A program made the position numbers and the translations under genes. A model generated the notes under the pieces. That model was not told the DNA's origin. It searched no databases and was given only the letters and a program-made list of their open reading frames with translations. A DNA stretch of 64,000 bases from Candidatus Poseidoniaceae archaeon (GTDB lineage Archaea; Thermoplasmatota; Poseidoniia; Poseidoniales; Poseidoniaceae), in NCBI GenBank assembly GCA_943788295.1, contig CALSPS010000002.1, positions 187,352 through 251,351 of the forward strand, written 5' to 3'. Shown piece after piece: positions 1 through 9,494 of the stretch (its first letter is position 1; every line of letters begins with the position of its first letter).

Positions 1-630
1 TTGACCAACCTCTGGTCCGAGCCCGTGGACCAGATTGAAGACGCCGCTTGGTAGATTCAATTCGTCAAGCGTTTCAGCCAAGATGTTCGCTGTGAGTGGT
101 GTCATTTCACTTGGTTTGGCGACGATAGCGTTGCCCATCAGCAGGGCAGGTGCGACCTTCCAAGAGAGCAAATAAAGCGGTAAATTCCATGGTGTGATTA
201 ACCCAACAACACCCAAGCCATTGCGATGGACATAATTCATGGCGTCCTTCATTTCAAAGGTCATCTCCTTTTGTTCTCTTGCAAATGAAGCAAAGAAGCG
301 GAAGTTCTCAACAGATCTTGAGGCATCAACACGCCGTGCAAGCGAGATTGGTTTTCCAGTGTCGAGGGATTCTGCTTGCGCAATCTGTTCGTGTTTTGAT
401 TCGAGGGCATCGGCAATCGTTTCAAGCCAGGTGATGCGTTCAGCCATCGGCGTTGCATTCCACCCAGATTGGGCTTTCTTTGCCGCAACAGCAGCAGACT
501 CGACATCACTCGACTTTGATCGTGGGATCGTGGCAATCACCTGCCCGTTTGCAGGATTGATGTCTTCCAAAGTTTGTCCATCGTGAGCCTCAACAAAGGC
601 TCCGTCGATGTAATTTTTCAGGTGAAGCAT
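1..630 (-). CDS. Aldehyde dehydrogenase family protein, partial (3' end lies outside the window)
   Basis: Manual minus-strand translation from ATG at 628-630 gives MLHLKNYIDGAFVEAHDGQTLEDINPANGQ...GLGVVGLITPWNLPLYLLSWKVAPALLMGNAIVAKPSEMTPLTA. The GxxxxPWNFP...WKxAPAL..GN.VV.KPSE motifs are classic ALDH. GGAGG lies about 9 nt upstream, and the start is 3 nt after the stop of the upstream gene. Not in the ORF track because it runs off the edge. Confidence 0.8.
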   Translation of the reverse strand, partial: MLHLKNYIDGAFVEAHDGQTLEDINPANGQVIATIPRSKSSDVESAAVAAKKAQSGWNATPMAERITWLETIADALESKHEQIAQAESLDTGKPISLARRVDASRSVENFRFFASFAREQKEMTFEMKDAMNYVHRNGLGVVGLITPWNLPLYLLSWKVAPALLMGNAIVAKPSEMTPLTANILAETLDELNLPSGVFNLVHGLGPEVGQ

Positions 631-633
631 CGT

Positions 634-1749
634 TCAGGCCTCCACATCGTAGAGCCATCTGTCTTCGTCCGGATCCCATTCATCCCATGTTGGTAATGTT
701 TCCAAGCGTTCAAGGTATTGCTCGGGTACGATGCCAGGCACGATGAATGCCTTTTGTCGGTGCAATGGGTATGGGTTTCGAAGGTTGATTCCAAGCACAC
801 CAAGGACTGCTCGGGCGACATACCATGTGGCTTGTGAATTCCAGCCATGGGCGATTTTGACAACGATTCCGAGTCCCTTAGGGTAATCTGGATGTTCAAT
901 CGCTAGGCCAAGCAATCCATCTGCGCCTTCTTTGGCGATGACTTTTCCTTCACCTGCTTTGAGAACTGTAGAATCGAGACGATTGAAACCACCAACTAAG
1001 TCTGGATGACGGACCATTGCCTCCCAAATCCAATCCTTGTCTTTGTCGCGTACGAGCCCGGCATAGATTTGTGCAAGTTCTGCAACCGTGTTTGAAACGG
1101 TTGGCAAACCACATCCGTCTTTTGCAACCCTCAAAGGACTCCAGTCCTCACCGAGGTAGGTGCGAATTTCTCTCATGTAAGCGTGAAAGACTTCGTGAGT
1201 CGGCAGGGTATATCCTGCACGATTCCAACCTTTTTTCCTGCACCCATGTAGGATTGCGGCATGTTCTCCCGAGCAGGTGTGGAACCAACGGCGCGGCCGT
1301 CTAACCTGTCGGCCAAATTGAATCAATGGCACATCCAGTGGGGTGAGCATCAAAGGCCATTCTTCCTCAAAAAGCAAGGATTGTGCCGCTGCGACGTGCT
1401 CAGTGTCCCCGTTGTGAGAGGCGACCGCAATCGCCTTCTGTTCCCACGTAGCGTCTTCAAGCTCTTTGGTGAATGCCTTGAGCATGAACGGTTTCATCAT
1501 CGATCGACCATAACACAAGACGTTCCCGCCAAACGAGTGGATCACCTCATCACCATGGGCCCAAGCTACTGCACCATGAATCGTGGTTTCAGAAACGCCA
1601 TTGCGCCGGTAATCAACCAGTGGCTCCCACGCCACTTCACGCCCAGTGGGAATGCCCTCGACTTGCTCGCCCAATGGGCTATCAGGATACATTGCACTGC
1701 CCGGTCGGCCGGGCTCAACTGCGGATGGAGTGTCATGTTCAATCGACAA
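634..1749 (-). CDS. Asparaginase family protein (L-asparaginase II / PF06089-like)
   Basis: 371 aa ORF. The CSGEHAAILHGC motif resembles the CSGKHAGML signature of Rhizobium-type asparaginase II. Its stop TGA (634-636) lies 3 nt upstream of the ALDH start, suggesting an operon. Confidence 0.55.
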   Translation of the reverse strand: MSIEHDTPSAVEPGRPGSAMYPDSPLGEQVEGIPTGREVAWEPLVDYRRNGVSETTIHGAVAWAHGDEVIHSFGGNVLCYGRSMMKPFMLKAFTKELEDATWEQKAIAVASHNGDTEHVAAAQSLLFEEEWPLMLTPLDVPLIQFGRQVRRPRRWFHTCSGEHAAILHGCRKKGWNRAGYTLPTHEVFHAYMREIRTYLGEDWSPLRVAKDGCGLPTVSNTVAELAQIYAGLVRDKDKDWIWEAMVRHPDLVGGFNRLDSTVLKAGEGKVIAKEGADGLLGLAIEHPDYPKGLGIVVKIAHGWNSQATWYVARAVLGVLGINLRNPYPLHRQKAFIVPGIVPEQYLERLETLPTWDEWDPDEDRWLYDVEA

Positions 1750-1758
1750 TACTTCACC

Positions 1759-3006
1759 TCACCTGTTCAATCGTGTTTCCACAAGGGGTACAACTTGTTC
1801 CATGTACGCTTCCATGTCTCGGCAGACACGGTCTGAATCGTGATTGAAGAAATCAAACCAAGCCATGATTCGGTCTTCGGGATGGAAGCGTTCAATCATT
1901 TGCTGTGCCACTTCCTCGACGTTACCAATCAGTGCGTTGTTGGCTGCATTGCTCACTTTGCTGGGGTCAATGGTCCCTTCCAGTGCATTCCAATACGCTC
2001 CAAGAGCGGCCTTGGCTTCTTGATGAGCGGCGGTGCTTTGCTGCTCTAGAGTCAATCCGTCCTCTGCGTTGAGGAACACGAATGAAGTCCGGGGCATGTC
2101 GCTGCGTTGCCATGCACCTCCATCTGGATGGAACACTTCTGACATTCGAGCATGTGTGGCTTCGATGACCTCTGGTTTGGTGATTGATAGATTGAACACC
2201 TTGACCGGCAGAACGGTGTTGAGGAAAGTTTGAGCGCGAGGATCGTGAGTTCCAGCAACCAGTTCTAGCAGGCCTCTTCTGAAGTGACTCGGTACGATTT
2301 TCAGGTCTTCGAAAACATAGCGTCGAGGAATATGAATTTCTTCTGGGGCAGATTTGAGGCCCTCGAATTCAATGGCCGCATCTTGGACTTTTTTCCAATC
2401 CTCATCAGATCTGAAATTGTTCCGGGTGAGAATGGTCTCGTATGTGTGCGATGAATTCACAACATCACCTCTCAGCAGGCGCAAGAATATGTCGCCTGCT
2501 TCCATGAAGATTTGACCGCGAAGTGCTGGCCATGCTGCCTCTTCAATCGCGTTCCTTGGCACGATTCCATACGGCCTTGCCATGAACTCAAAGCGTCCAG
2601 CGGAGAATCCAACGTGGAGTTTACGATGTTCGTTAGGGTTCAGTCCATGCAATTGCAGGGTGTTCGCAATTCGCTCGGCTTGGGCGATGGGGCCGCCAGA
2701 GGCTAAAATCGAAACCACTGCACTACCAATTTCAATCGATTTCGTCCTTCTAAATGACTCCATTGCAAGTTGCGGAAAGTCCGTGCACAGTCCAACTTCC
2801 CCTTGCCAGTGGGGCACGACAGGTCTGCTGTTGCTCTTCTGCGTTTCAGTTGAAAGGTGGGCCTGAGCAATCCATCCAACACCAAAACCAAGGCGATCAG
2901 CGCACTCCAATTGTTGGAAGTAATGTTCGAACATTTCGTTCTCTGTCGGCACTTGACCCGCTGCGTCAGGGGTCTGGCTGATTGAGAAAAAGATGTCATG
3001 GTCCAT
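1759..3006 (-). CDS. Luciferase-like (LLM-class) flavin-dependent oxidoreductase
   Basis: ADRLGFGVGWIAQAHL and the overall pattern resemble the LLM family (GFD..W..EHH). Start moved to M30 (MDHDIFFSISQ, ATG at 3004-3006) to match the typical LLM N-terminus (MKFGIF...) and to remove the overlap with the upstream TPR gene. The track ORF extends to 3093. Confidence 0.5.
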   Translation of the reverse strand: MDHDIFFSISQTPDAAGQVPTENEMFEHYFQQLECADRLGFGVGWIAQAHLSTETQKSNSRPVVPHWQGEVGLCTDFPQLAMESFRRTKSIEIGSAVVSILASGGPIAQAERIANTLQLHGLNPNEHRKLHVGFSAGRFEFMARPYGIVPRNAIEEAAWPALRGQIFMEAGDIFLRLLRGDVVNSSHTYETILTRNNFRSDEDWKKVQDAAIEFEGLKSAPEEIHIPRRYVFEDLKIVPSHFRRGLLELVAGTHDPRAQTFLNTVLPVKVFNLSITKPEVIEATHARMSEVFHPDGGAWQRSDMPRTSFVFLNAEDGLTLEQQSTAAHQEAKAALGAYWNALEGTIDPSKVSNAANNALIGNVEEVAQQMIERFHPEDRIMAWFDFFNHDSDRVCRDMEAYMEQVVPLVETRLNR

Positions 3007-3082
3007 AGGTGGCACCGGTCGTCCCAGTCGAAGCCACATCATAACGAGTGTGGCGGAACCGTTTGACAAAATGACGTAATCT

Positions 3083-3937
3083 TCACTTCTCATCAGGGGA
3101 TTTTTTGAAGTCTGTGAGCGCTTCTATGCGTTGACGTACAGCGATTGGAGTGGGCAATCCAGCGTTGATGAAGGCATGTAGGCAGTCGGACAACTGAAGC
3201 ATTGCCGTCTCATAGTCTTCTTCGATTTCTGCAATGTCCGCAAGGCCCCAACGGGCAACAAGCTGTCCAGAAAGATCTTCCAATCCCACAGCAAGGTCAA
3301 GCGATTGGGTGTAGAGGTCCTTTGCGGCATCAAATTGGCCAAGTGTGGCTTGGCTGTGGCCCATATCGGCCATGGCTTCCATTTGGCCTTCTTCGTCCCT
3401 CATGTCCATGAGCAGTTCGATTCGCCTCGAGCCATGAACGAGGGCAGTTTCGTGATTGTGTTGCTTTTTGGCAAGCGCTTCGAGCAAGGCGAGACCGTAA
3501 ACAATACCGTTGTTGTCCTTGACTTTTTCACGAATTCGCAATGAGCGAGAGGCAAACATTTGCGCTTCTTCGTAGGCTTCTTCAGCCATGTGCAGCAACG
3601 CAACGTGATGGGCAACGGCTGCAGCGAGGGGTCCTCCACCCTCAAGCAATTCACTTTGGGCCGTTAATTCAGAGAGTGCATCGATGGAGGCACCTGTCAA
3701 TTTGAGGTGTTCAAATTCGGCCCAACCCGACTCGATTTCGTCTGTTGCGTTTGATTTGGCATGCGTTAGCAACCGTTCGGCGAGTGGTTCGTCTTCAAGT
3801 TCGAGGGCAAGTGGGATGAGGCGCAAAGCAAGGGGTGTGTTGATGTCATCCATTGCCCCGCCTTCGGTCAGCATATCCAATATCCGCCTTGCTTGATCTG
3901 CGGTCACTTCGCCGTCCATGGTTGGCGGCTGTGGCAC
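3083..3937 (-). CDS. TPR-repeat protein
   Basis: 284 aa, helical repeat pattern with Ala/Leu/Gly periodicity typical of tetratricopeptide repeats. No catalytic motif. Confidence 0.4.
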   Translation of the reverse strand: MPQPPTMDGEVTADQARRILDMLTEGGAMDDINTPLALRLIPLALELEDEPLAERLLTHAKSNATDEIESGWAEFEHLKLTGASIDALSELTAQSELLEGGGPLAAAVAHHVALLHMAEEAYEEAQMFASRSLRIREKVKDNNGIVYGLALLEALAKKQHNHETALVHGSRRIELLMDMRDEEGQMEAMADMGHSQATLGQFDAAKDLYTQSLDLAVGLEDLSGQLVARWGLADIAEIEEDYETAMLQLSDCLHAFINAGLPTPIAVRQRIEALTDFKKSPDEK

Positions 3938-4008
3938 CGCGTCAAGAACGTATCTCCTCGGCGCCGGACACGCTGAACCTTCATACGCACAAAGCGGTTG
4001 CGTCCTTC

Positions 4009-4986
4009 ATGGGCAAGTATGACGGGTACTTGCAAGGGTTGAGCATCGCAGCGATTCTCATTCTTGCTCCTCTGGCTCTGCAATCCTTGCTGAGTCAAGA
4101 TGAGGCCCAAGTGGTCTATGTCGCTGTCCCCGTGGAAAATGAAAACGAAACTTCCCCTTCTGATCCCATCTCAAACGAAGAAGCACGTGCACCCGAGTTG
4201 ACTCGAGATGAAGTGGCAAGAATTGCCACCTTCAACATCAAGGTGTTTGGCGAGACAAAGATGGGTAAACCAGAGGTTGTTTCTGTCTTGGTTGATACTG
4301 TACTGCGCTACGACTTGGTCGCCGTTCAAGAAATCAAGGACATCGATCAAACGGTTCCTTATGATTTCCTTGATGCCATCAATAACCGCAGCAGTAGCCC
4401 TTGGGGCATGCTTCTTAGTGAGCGTTCAGGGCAACAGGAAGATGATCGCTCCTCACAGGAACAATATGCCTTTTATTACAACACTTCGATGTTCGAACCA
4501 ATTGGCAATGGCACGTTGTTTAACGACAGCGAAGATGATGCTTTCCAGCGGGAACCGTTTCAGGCGCGGTTTTCATTGATCAACGAAACGGACAACACCT
4601 CAAGTTTTGATTTGAGTTTGATCACTGTTCACACCAAACCGGCAGCTGCCGTCGATGAGATCAACGCCATGGGTGAGGTTGCCTCCCGCTACCTCGCGCA
4701 ACATCCCGATGAGGAAGACCTTGTGCTGCTCGGTGATTTTAATGCAGATTGCACCTATGCTTCGGAGCAAGATTTAGCAAATTCAGCGCTTGCAGGCGGT
4801 AATTTCACTTGGATTGTTGGAAACGACGCAGACACAACGGTCGCCTCAAGTTCCTGCGCTTATGATCGAATCTTGACGACGGGAGACCTGAGCGGTCGGA
4901 TGACTGGGAACTGGGGCATCGATGAAGTGTTTACGAGCAGCAATGTTTCGGACCACTACCCAGTTTGGTTTGACATCCGCCGATGA
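4009..4986 (+). CDS. Secreted endonuclease/exonuclease/phosphatase (EEP, DNase I-like) family protein
   Basis: N-terminal signal anchor (LSIAAILILAPLALQSLLS), ATFNIKVFGETK at the N-terminus of the domain, and a C-terminal SDHYPVWFDIRR (the SDHxPV catalytic His motif of EEP). Start moved to the internal ATG at 4009 (MGKYDG) because the track ORF from 3853 overlaps the convergent TPR gene. Confidence 0.7.
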   Translation: MGKYDGYLQGLSIAAILILAPLALQSLLSQDEAQVVYVAVPVENENETSPSDPISNEEARAPELTRDEVARIATFNIKVFGETKMGKPEVVSVLVDTVLRYDLVAVQEIKDIDQTVPYDFLDAINNRSSSPWGMLLSERSGQQEDDRSSQEQYAFYYNTSMFEPIGNGTLFNDSEDDAFQREPFQARFSLINETDNTSSFDLSLITVHTKPAAAVDEINAMGEVASRYLAQHPDEEDLVLLGDFNADCTYASEQDLANSALAGGNFTWIVGNDADTTVASSSCAYDRILTTGDLSGRMTGNWGIDEVFTSSNVSDHYPVWFDIRR

Positions 4987-5802
4987 TCAAATGCTTCGCA
5001 ATCGTCCACCGTCAACGGCCAAACTAACGCCTCGAATGCCACCTGATGCGGGCAATGCAAGGAAGGAAATGGCGCTAGCAGTCTCCAGTGGGTCAATCAG
5101 CCGCTCAATTGGAACTTGGCCAAGCCAGCCAGCCTGGACCTCTTCGAGCGATTTCCCAGTTCTTTCTTGAATCGATGCTGCAAGCGAGCCAAGGCGACTG
5201 GTGTCGGTAAAGCCGGGAAGGACATTGTTGATGGTGATGCAGGGTGCAAGTTCTCTTGACAAGGTCTTGGACCAAGACGCCATGGCTCCACGAAGTGTGT
5301 TTGACAGTCCGATGTTTGGTATTGGCTCTTTCACCGATGTGGATATAATTTGGATAATACGGCCGTATCCATCGCTCTCCATTCCGGGCACGAGCATTTG
5401 TGTGAGGGTGTGAGCAGCGTGAAGGTGGCGTTTGAAAGGCGCTTCAAAATCTTCGAGGTTGTTGGCAAGCAATGGACCGCCGGGTGGGCCTGCTGCGTTG
5501 TTGATGAGGATGTGGACATTGCCGCGTTGCTGAAGGAGAATCGGAATGGCTGCCCGGATTGCTTTCTGGTCCTCGAGGTCCAGGGCAAGGCTTGCATGAT
5601 CTCCTCCCCCAAGTGCAGCAAGTTCTTCGCACAGAGACAAAAGAGCCTCTGCGTTTCTGGCGCTTACGGTGACGTTCGCTCCTGCTTTAGCCATCATCTG
5701 GGCTGTGGCTCGGCCGATGCCTTTGCTTGCACCACACACCAACACGTGCTTTCCTTTCAGGGCGGTTGTTGCGTAGGGGAAGTCGTCACCGAGCAGGTCC
5801 AT
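4987..5802 (-). CDS. Short-chain dehydrogenase/reductase (SDR) family oxidoreductase
   Basis: GKHVLVCGASKGIGRATAQ is a Rossmann TGxxxGIG motif, NAAG is present, and length is typical (~270 aa). Start placed at M50 (MDLLGDD, ATG at 5800-5802), since the track ORF to 5949 overlaps the upstream hydrolase gene. Confidence 0.75.
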   Translation of the reverse strand: MDLLGDDFPYATTALKGKHVLVCGASKGIGRATAQMMAKAGANVTVSARNAEALLSLCEELAALGGGDHASLALDLEDQKAIRAAIPILLQQRGNVHILINNAAGPPGGPLLANNLEDFEAPFKRHLHAAHTLTQMLVPGMESDGYGRIIQIISTSVKEPIPNIGLSNTLRGAMASWSKTLSRELAPCITINNVLPGFTDTSRLGSLAASIQERTGKSLEEVQAGWLGQVPIERLIDPLETASAISFLALPASGGIRGVSLAVDGGRLRSI

Positions 5803-5845
5803 GCCCCACCCAGTGAGTGCTTCGTCATAGGTGTTCGGATGGGGT

Positions 5846-6622
5846 CTAGAGCCAATCACGGATGGCATTGAGCTGCACCAACCAATCATCGCTGGCCACA
5901 TCAATGATGGAATAGTGGTCGCCAGGGAGCCACAACTTCTGAACTTCAATGCCCTTTGCTTTCATGACGCGGGCATAAGTTTCGGATTGATCTCTTGGTA
6001 CATCGACATCCCGTTCGCCATGGACGAGCAAAAGTGAGGCATCAGCAGGGTGATCTACGGGATTCAATTGCCGCCAAAGTTCGGGTTCCGCTTCAGGACT
6101 CGAACCAATCCATCTGCGGACTGCATCTCCTTCGTCAGATAGTTTGGCTTGGTCTGCACTCATCAGGTCGGTGATCGGTGCCTGGGCGATGGTGAGCCAC
6201 GGTCGGCGCTCGGCTTTTGCTGCCAACATTAACGCAAGATGGCCGCCTGCTGAATGGCCCATAATCATTGAGCGCGTAATGTCAATGCCAGGAAGCAAGG
6301 CGAGTTGGCCCCATGCTCGCATGACGTCTGAAAGGGTGTCCATCCAAACGCCTTCATCGCCATCACTCCATCCTTTGAATTCGATGTTCCATGCAGCAAT
6401 TCCAGCTTCAGCTAAATCATCAGCAATGGGTCGCATGAGTTCACTTGTCCACTGAGATTTCCAGAAACCGCCGTGTATCAGCATGATGCACGGAACGCCT
6501 TCTGGCTTCTGGAAGGCAGATGGATCATCAGGCATGTGAAGGTCGGCAAACTGCCAATCTTCAGCACCCCACTGCATCCGGTCAACGCCCATATCCACCA
6601 TTGTAAGGGTCTTCCCTATCAC
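5846..6622 (-). CDS. Alpha/beta hydrolase (esterase/lipase-type)
   Basis: The oxyanion-hole motif HGGFW (HGGG-like) and the nucleophile elbow GHSAGG are present. 258 aa. Confidence 0.65.
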   Translation of the reverse strand: MIGKTLTMVDMGVDRMQWGAEDWQFADLHMPDDPSAFQKPEGVPCIMLIHGGFWKSQWTSELMRPIADDLAEAGIAAWNIEFKGWSDGDEGVWMDTLSDVMRAWGQLALLPGIDITRSMIMGHSAGGHLALMLAAKAERRPWLTIAQAPITDLMSADQAKLSDEGDAVRRWIGSSPEAEPELWRQLNPVDHPADASLLLVHGERDVDVPRDQSETYARVMKAKGIEVQKLWLPGDHYSIIDVASDDWLVQLNAIRDWL

Positions 6623-6675
6623 CCTTACCTCATGTCTGGCAAGAGTTCAAAGGGTGAACAACGCAGCGCAAGAAT

Positions 6676-7122
6676 ATGACCAACCCACTGGATGTTGAAT
6701 TTGAAACGATGACTGGAACAACAACGACACTCCGCACCATCGGTGGGGAATCAACGACAACTTGGGTTGTTGTTAACGTGGCAAGTGCGTGTGGATTCAC
6801 GAGACAGTATGACGGCTTACAGGCATTATCGCAACAAGAAGGGGTCACCGTTGTGGGCTTCCCGTGCAATCAATTCGGAGGTCAAGAACCCGGCACTCAT
6901 GCCGAGATATGTTCCTTCACTGAAGAAAAATACAGCGTCACATTCCCACTCATGGCAAAAATCGATGTCAAAGGCGACAACAGTGCGCCGTTGTTCCAGG
7001 TGTTGACTTCTCTATCGGAAAACACAGGCAATATCCGTTGGAATTTCTCCAAGTTTGTCATTGACAGTGAAGGATCTGTCACAAGATTTGGCTCTCGCGA
7101 TGAGCCTGAAGACCTGCTTTGA
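6676..7122 (+). CDS. gpx: Glutathione peroxidase
   Basis: VVVNVASACGFTRQYDGLQALSQQEGVTVVGFPCNQFGGQEPG is the canonical GPx signature (VNVAS.CG.T ... FPCNQFG.QEPG). Confidence 0.85.
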   Translation: MTNPLDVEFETMTGTTTTLRTIGGESTTTWVVVNVASACGFTRQYDGLQALSQQEGVTVVGFPCNQFGGQEPGTHAEICSFTEEKYSVTFPLMAKIDVKGDNSAPLFQVLTSLSENTGNIRWNFSKFVIDSEGSVTRFGSRDEPEDLL

Positions 7123-7177
7123 TTCCATCGCAGGTTGACTGATTGGATTTCATGCAATGGCATTGATTCGAATGATG

Positions 7178-7198
7178 CCGTCCGTTTAGAAGACGGCC
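7178..7198. terminator. Hairpin between convergent gpx and GST genes (possible bidirectional terminator)
   Basis: gccgtc-cgtttagaa-gacggc is a 6-bp stem with a 9-nt loop, followed by ctttgtg. It lies in the 89-bp gap between two convergent stops. Confidence 0.2.
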
Positions 7199-7211
7199 TT
7201 TGTGCGCGAAT

Positions 7212-7883
7212 TCATGCTTTTGGGCTGAATGCATTGGATTTGAACACCCAACGGAATTCATCTTCTTGGGCGCCATAGTAGGCTTCAACTCGGGAATCGT
7301 TCGACACAAATGCGTGGTACTTCAGAAGTCCTGGGTAATTTTGAATCATGTCTTTTTCGATTCCGTCAAATTGCCCTGAGAACATCATGAAGACGTTGAG
7401 GAATGCTTTGACATCTGCGAGGGTCATGTCCTCAGTTCCAATCAACCAGCCTGTAGAACTTGCTTCGATCACCTTTTCCAAATCTCGCAGTGCAACATCG
7501 ATGGGTCCCCCTTCGACAAAGAGTGCCTGGCGTGCTGCAATTTTTTCATCCAAATCTTCAATGTAGAAGGTAGGAGTGAAATGGACCCTCCAATTGTTGA
7601 TGATTTCAATCATCTCATCGACCTTTCCTCGAACGAAGAGATCTTCAGGTTCGATGCCGGCTAGGGTTGCGGCGTATCGCATGAGCGCGTTGGATTCTGC
7701 AAGGGTTCCCTGCGGAGTCTTTAGAATCGGGAGAAGGCCGTAAGGCAATTCACCCTGCTCTTTCAAAGCCAGAAAACCTTCTCGATCAACGGTGGTGTTT
7801 TTCCAGTTCACTTGAGAGATTTCCAAACAAAATCGAGTGGGTTCTGCGTAACCGGGCGATGCGAAATAAATCAATTCGTGCAT
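7212..7883 (-). CDS. Glutathione S-transferase family protein
   Basis: LPILKTPQGTLAESNALMRYAA matches the GST N-terminal thioredoxin-fold motif (vP.L...g..l.ES.AIlrYla). 223 aa. Confidence 0.7.
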   Translation of the reverse strand: MHELIYFASPGYAEPTRFCLEISQVNWKNTTVDREGFLALKEQGELPYGLLPILKTPQGTLAESNALMRYAATLAGIEPEDLFVRGKVDEMIEIINNWRVHFTPTFYIEDLDEKIAARQALFVEGGPIDVALRDLEKVIEASSTGWLIGTEDMTLADVKAFLNVFMMFSGQFDGIEKDMIQNYPGLLKYHAFVSNDSRVEAYYGAQEDEFRWVFKSNAFSPKA

Positions 7884-7928
7884 AACCGTTGCTGAGAGGT
7901 TCGGCTCTTGAACAATCGGGTTGTGTCC

Positions 7929-9335
7929 TCAGGGGCTGACACGTCGGCGGTCTCGTGGGAAGAGGACCGTTTCACGAACGTTCTTCGCACCGGTGAGTTT
8001 CATCAGAATACGCTCAACACCAAGGCCCCAGCCTGCATGTGGCGGGACACCATGACGGAATCCTGCTACATAGAATTCGAATTCTTCGGGGTCCAAGTCC
8101 ATGCCCTTGAGGTTTTCAATCAACACGTCCATTCGGTGTTCTCGCTGGCCGCCAGATGTTAATTCATCACGGCCGAAGTTGAGATCGAAACCACGGCTGA
8201 GTTGCTTCCCTGTGCTTCCGTCTTCGCCCTCCACATGATGAATGTAGAACGGTTTGAGATCCATTGGCCAGCGGGGTAGGAAGTAAAATTGTGGCAAATC
8301 TTCTGCGAGCAAATCAGAGTTTTCTGCATCGATGTCATCGCCCCACTCAATTTTCCCTCCTTTTGCTTTAATGGTGTCAATTGCGTCGCAATAGGACAAC
8401 CGTGGAAACGGCAACTCTGGTACGATGACTTCGATTGGTTCTTCGTCTTGAGTCGCTCTGTAAGCGTTGATTGTAGCAATGTGAGCGTTGCATTCATCGT
8501 CGGTTGTGATCGAACTCCAGATGTGGTGGATCATGCGTTCGAGGACACCCATGACGTCCTCGTCGTTCGCCCACGAGCACTCGATATCGAAGGATATGAA
8601 TTCATTCAAATGTCGATATGTGTCGTGTTTCTCAGCACGGAAGGCCGGACCAACTTCGAACACCCGCTCAAGACCTCCCGACATGCACAATTGCTTGAAT
8701 AATTGTGGCGATTGGTTGAGGAAGGCAGGGGTGTCAAAGTACATCATTGGGAACAAATCTGTGCCACCTTCTGTCGCAGTTGCGACAATTTTTGGAGTGT
8801 GAGTTTCAAAAAAGCCTTCTGAAATGAGGGCTTCCCTTCCATACTGCAATACCTTTCCACGCAGCTTGAACATGGCGTTGACTTGAGCCCTGCGTAAATC
8901 CAAGAATCGGTTGTCAAGCCGAGTGTCGAGGGCCACGTGAACTGTGTCGGTGACGCCGAGTGGCAGTGGTGCTTCAGCCCGTGCAATCACCACGGCAGAG
9001 GTGGCGACAACCTCGTATGCTGGAGGTGGTGTTGGCTCGCCTTCCTTGGTCTTAGGTGGGCGCTTTTGGGACACCGTTCCCGTGAACTGTAAGGTCGATT
9101 CACGGGTCATGCGTTGAACCATATCGAGGGTCTCATCACCAACGTTGTCCCCTTTGAGGAAGATCTGGGTCGTCCCGGTACCGTCGCGAAGGTCGACAAA
9201 ACAAATGGCGCCTTTGCCTCTGTTGGCTTCCATGAAGCCAGCAACAGTTACTTCTTGGCCGATTAAATCAGCACCTAGGTCTTGAATTTGGCCCAGAGTG
9301 TGGGTGCGGTAAGAGGTTGGAACCCATGTGGTCAT
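7929..9335 (-). CDS. aspS: Aspartate--tRNA ligase, archaeal type (class IIb)
   Basis: Near-colinear similarity, recalled from memory, to Thermococcus-type AspRS: SYRTHTLGQI (YRTH N-terminus), LDTRLDNRFLDLRR, THTPKIVATATEGGTDLFPM, QSPQLFKQ, motif 2 FRAEKHDTYRHLNEF, motif 3 GLGVERILM, and a C-terminal RETVLFPRDRRRVSP. Start set at MTTWVP (ATG 9333-9335). An alternative start MSSRRRP is at 9362; the track ORF to 9539 is too long. Confidence 0.85.
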   Translation of the reverse strand: MTTWVPTSYRTHTLGQIQDLGADLIGQEVTVAGFMEANRGKGAICFVDLRDGTGTTQIFLKGDNVGDETLDMVQRMTRESTLQFTGTVSQKRPPKTKEGEPTPPPAYEVVATSAVVIARAEAPLPLGVTDTVHVALDTRLDNRFLDLRRAQVNAMFKLRGKVLQYGREALISEGFFETHTPKIVATATEGGTDLFPMMYFDTPAFLNQSPQLFKQLCMSGGLERVFEVGPAFRAEKHDTYRHLNEFISFDIECSWANDEDVMGVLERMIHHIWSSITTDDECNAHIATINAYRATQDEEPIEVIVPELPFPRLSYCDAIDTIKAKGGKIEWGDDIDAENSDLLAEDLPQFYFLPRWPMDLKPFYIHHVEGEDGSTGKQLSRGFDLNFGRDELTSGGQREHRMDVLIENLKGMDLDPEEFEFYVAGFRHGVPPHAGWGLGVERILMKLTGAKNVRETVLFPRDRRRVSP

Positions 9336-9494
9336 GTAGCGAGGGCGTCGTCTAGAGGACATCAACCATTCGTTCGTACAGTCACCCCCGAGCCATCCCG
9401 AATGAAACATAAAATCTCCAATTATTCTTTTTGGGAATATTGGTTGTTGTGAATAAGCGTTCCATTCATATAGTTGCGGTTGAGGGGGGGTGGC

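Noticed and set aside
239-586. 115-aa plus-strand ORF and 91-aa minus-strand ORF (261..536) at the window start
   Set aside because: Both are off-frame or antisense to the partial aldehyde dehydrogenase gene (1..630, minus). The ALDH frame carries the PWNFP/KPSE signature motifs.
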